This document shows positions 61,730-64,000 of a DNA stretch of 64,000 bases, piece by piece. Numbering within the stretch: the first letter of the stretch is position 1; every line of letters begins with the position of its first letter. The notes beneath the pieces were generated by a model. It saw only the letters and a list, made by a program, of their open reading frames with translations. It did no database searches and was not told where the DNA came from. Both the position numbers and the translations under genes were made by a program. Source of the stretch: a bacterium (lineage in GTDB: Bacteria; Bacillota_I; Bacilli_A; RFN20; CAG-826); the NCBI GenBank assembly GCA_963617535.1, contig CAVEPD010000003.1, positions 28,225 through 92,224 of the forward strand, in the 5' to 3' direction.

Positions 61730-62607
61730 AAGTCGGATTCGTTGCCATTTTAGGGCGTCCTAACGCCGGGAAGAGCACCTTTTTGAATGCGGTGCTCTCC
61801 AAAAAAGTATCGATCGTGACCCCAAAGGCCCAGACCACCCGTGACTCGATCTGCGGTATCCTCACCGAGAAGGAGCGCCAGATCGTTTTCGTGGACACCC
61901 CGGGGATCTTCTTCGGGGAGGGGGCGCTAGACCGTTACATGAAAAAATCGGCCTTTGACTCCTCCAAAGACGTCGACGCCATTCTTTATCTGATCGATGG
62001 CTCCGCGAAGGACCTTGAGCCGGATTTCTCCATCATCGATGGACTCCGCTCTACCGCCCCGCGCATCTTGATTCTCAACAAGATTGACTTGCTTCGCATT
62101 GAAGAAGGGGAGGCGAAGAAGAAAGCCATCCGCGCTCGTTTCCCGGATTACCCCTTGCTGGAAGCTTCCTTCCTCAAGAACTTCGGCATCAAGGAAGTCA
62201 AAGAGGAAATCGAGAAATACCTCGTTGAGGGCGAGCCTTTCTACCCGGAAGACGCGCTCACCGATAAGGATCTTTCCTATCGCGCCAAAGAGATCATCCG
62301 CCAGGAGCTTTTGCACTTCTTAAAGCAGGAAATCCCCCATCAGTCCGCGGTTCTCATCAGGAAATTCGCCCCAGACGGAGATGGCTACCGCATCGAGGCG
62401 AGAGTCATCCTCAACAAGAAGAACCACAAGTCCATCGTCATCGGCAAAGGAGGGGAGATGATCAAGAAAATCTCCATGTCCGCCCGTCATGAGATGGAAA
62501 GGGTCTTCCGGAAGCACATCCATTCCCTCGACATCGAAGTCGAGGTCAAAGAGGATTGGCGGAACGACCCCGCCATGCTCAAAAAGCTAGGATATGCAAA
62601 CGACTGA
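61726..62607 (+). CDS. era: GTPase Era
   Basis: GRPNAGKST, DTPG and NKID G motifs, plus a C-terminal KH domain (VIGKGGEMIKKI). Confidence 0.95.
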   Translation: MKVGFVAILGRPNAGKSTFLNAVLSKKVSIVTPKAQTTRDSICGILTEKERQIVFVDTPGIFFGEGALDRYMKKSAFDSSKDVDAILYLIDGSAKDLEPDFSIIDGLRSTAPRILILNKIDLLRIEEGEAKKKAIRARFPDYPLLEASFLKNFGIKEVKEEIEKYLVEGEPFYPEDALTDKDLSYRAKEIIRQELLHFLKQEIPHQSAVLIRKFAPDGDGYRIEARVILNKKNHKSIVIGKGGEMIKKISMSARHEMERVFRKHIHSLDIEVEVKEDWRNDPAMLKKLGYAND

Positions 62608-63325
62608 GCTGCGTCGCAAGGGTCTAGTTCTCCGCCTCAGCGAGTTCAAGGAAGCCGACGCGATGGTGAATGCCATCTCTAGCGATGGCTTTTTCTCTTT
62701 TTTGGCCAGAGGGGTGAAGAAACTGACCTCCAAAAACGCCTCCAGCGTTCAGCCTTTCTCTCTTTCAGAATTCCTTTTGATGCAATCTAATTCCGGAGGA
62801 CTCACTCTGAAGCAGGGGACCCTTGAGGAGAATTACCAAATCGAAAATAGCATCGAGGCGATGACCGTCCTCTCTTTCTTGCAGGAGCTTACCCTCAAGG
62901 TCGTGCAGGAAGACGAGGCCCCTTTGGCCTATCCTTATCTAATAAAAGCAATTTCCTCCATCAAAGAAGGGAAGGACCCATTGACGATCGGGCTCCTTTA
63001 TTTCGCCAAAGTGCTCAATAACGCGGGCTATGGCCTAGACGTCGATGAATGCGTGGTCTGCCATAAAAAGCAGAGCATCGTCGCTCTTTCTTATGAGGAA
63101 GGCGGTTTTCTTTGCAAGGATCATTACGAGACCCAAGAAGACGAGAAACCCGACCTTATGAAACTCAAGATCGTCCGTTATCTCTTCCGTTGCAAGGAAA
63201 GTGACTTCCCGAGGGTAGAATTCGAGCGCAAAGACACGATTCCCCTTTATGATGAGTTAGGAAGATATCTTGAAAACCTCACAGGCTGTCGATTGAAATC
63301 GCTTTCTTTGATAAAAAGTTTGTAA
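62594..63325 (+). CDS. recO: DNA repair protein RecO
   Basis: era-recO-glyQS synteny. OB N-terminus and CVVCHKK...C zinc motif. 243 aa. Confidence 0.88.
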   Translation: MQTTELRRKGLVLRLSEFKEADAMVNAISSDGFFSFLARGVKKLTSKNASSVQPFSLSEFLLMQSNSGGLTLKQGTLEENYQIENSIEAMTVLSFLQELTLKVVQEDEAPLAYPYLIKAISSIKEGKDPLTIGLLYFAKVLNNAGYGLDVDECVVCHKKQSIVALSYEEGGFLCKDHYETQEDEKPDLMKLKIVRYLFRCKESDFPRVEFERKDTIPLYDELGRYLENLTGCRLKSLSLIKSL

Positions 63326-63411
63326 GTACCCTCATAGTGGGTTGACTACATAAAATAAACGACTAAACTATCCGAGTTGCAATTTTGGGCTAGGAGGCCC
63401 TATATTTGAAA

Positions 63412-64000
63412 ATGGCGAATAAATTCTCATTCGAAACAATCACGCAGCACCTCCAGACTTCTGGCTTCGTCTTCCAAGGCTCCCAGATCTATGGCGGACT
63501 TTCTAACACCTGGGACTATGGTCCGTTAGGCGCGGAGATGAAAAGGAACATCCGTTCGATGTGGTGGAAGAAATTCGTTCAGGAATCTCCGACGAACGTC
63601 GGCCTTGACGCGGCGATTCTCATGAACCCGAAGGTTTGGGAGGCTACTGGCCACGTCTCGACCTTCAACGACCCGATGGTGGACTGCAAAGCTTGCAAGG
63701 CGCGCCACCGCGCGGATGAGCTCATCAAGCACGAATATCCCGACGTCGACGTCGACGCGATGGACTTCGAGCAAATGGATGAGTTCATGAAGACGCATAA
63801 GATGACTTGCCCGGTCTGCGGGAAGAGCGATTTCACCCCGATCCGCAAGTTCAACATGATGTTCAAGACTCATATCGGGGTCACTGAGGACGCCTCTAGC
63901 GCCGTCTATCTCCGCCCAGAGACCGCCCAAGGCGTGTTCGTGAACTTCAAAAACGTGCAAAGGACCTGCCGCAAAAAAATCCCCTTCGGCGTCTGCAACG
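63412..64000 (+). CDS. glyQS: glycine--tRNA ligase (class II, GlyQS type), 5' part; continues beyond the window
   Basis: My own translation: MANKFSFETITQHLQTSGFVFQGSQIYGGLSNTWDYGPLGAEMKRNIRSMWWKKF... It is not in the ORF track because there is no stop codon in the window. TAGGAGG upstream. Confidence 0.9.
   Translation, partial: MANKFSFETITQHLQTSGFVFQGSQIYGGLSNTWDYGPLGAEMKRNIRSMWWKKFVQESPTNVGLDAAILMNPKVWEATGHVSTFNDPMVDCKACKARHRADELIKHEYPDVDVDAMDFEQMDEFMKTHKMTCPVCGKSDFTPIRKFNMMFKTHIGVTEDASSAVYLRPETAQGVFVNFKNVQRTCRKKIPFGVCN

Noticed and set aside
1-64000. Scan for tRNA, rRNA, CRISPR arrays and other large repeats
   Set aside because: Intergenic regions are short, and the longest (2948-3358, 11711-11971, 28909-29096, 32945-33165) show no cloverleaf-like or repeat-spacer structure. 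The only long repeat found by eye is the 1167-bp tandem duplication. A computational scan (tRNAscan-SE, Infernal, self dot-plot) would be needed to be exhaustive.

Overview
64-kb chromosomal window from a Bacillota-type genome. It is roughly 50% GC by eye and uses the standard code, since TGA, TAA and TAG all close well-supported genes. CIRCE/HrcA, a T-box leader, a lipobox lipoprotein and Bacillus-like gene order support the phylum call. An uncultured Erysipelotrichia- or Mollicutes-related lineage is only a guess. The window holds about 58 protein genes, densely packed and mostly on the + strand. In order: rpsO-pnp; an AT-richer SAM-MTase-like gene; a 4-gene lipoprotein/ABC operon; a GlpA-like/FAD-oxidoreductase/DUF1667 triad; yfcE-like; an RNase J-like gene; ftsK; pulA; plsC; an rsmF-like gene; pdp-dtd-mnmA; an accessory island; a membrane MBL hydrolase; T-box-alaS-DUF1292-greA; comEA-comEC-holA; rpsT; an adenylation-carrier didomain gene; fmt; a nuclease-DinG/XPD helicase; lepA; a degenerate-Fic gene; hemW; CIRCE-hrcA-grpE-dnaK-dnaJ; a TM2 protein; mtaB; rpmF; deoC; rpsU; a C39-domain membrane protein; ybeY-cdd-era-recO; and the 5' part of glyQS. 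I found no rRNA, tRNA, CRISPR array, transposase or integrase. The stand-out is an AT-richer island of about 3 kb (28.36-31.4 kb, minus strand). It carries an XRE-family regulator and two near-identical tandem copies (period 1167 bp) of a two-gene cassette. Each cassette encodes a 225-aa protein with a complete R / S-T-S / E-x-E ADP-ribosyltransferase signature and no export or trafficking domain. It is translationally coupled to an 89-aa acidic protein. I read this as a candidate toxin-immunity, TA or defence-like module that I cannot assign to a named system. Secondary observations: many native genes have a -10 box 6-10 nt upstream of the ATG and no SD (leaderless architecture); an ABC ATPase is fused in frame to a large polytopic membrane domain with an internal SD+ATG; the RNase J-like protein has a degenerate active site; an adenylation-carrier didomain gene stands alone; a PD-(D/E)XK domain is fused to an XPD/DinG helicase; a Fic-like protein has a degenerate motif; and a C39-peptidase-like domain sits on a membrane protein that lacks an ABC ATPase.
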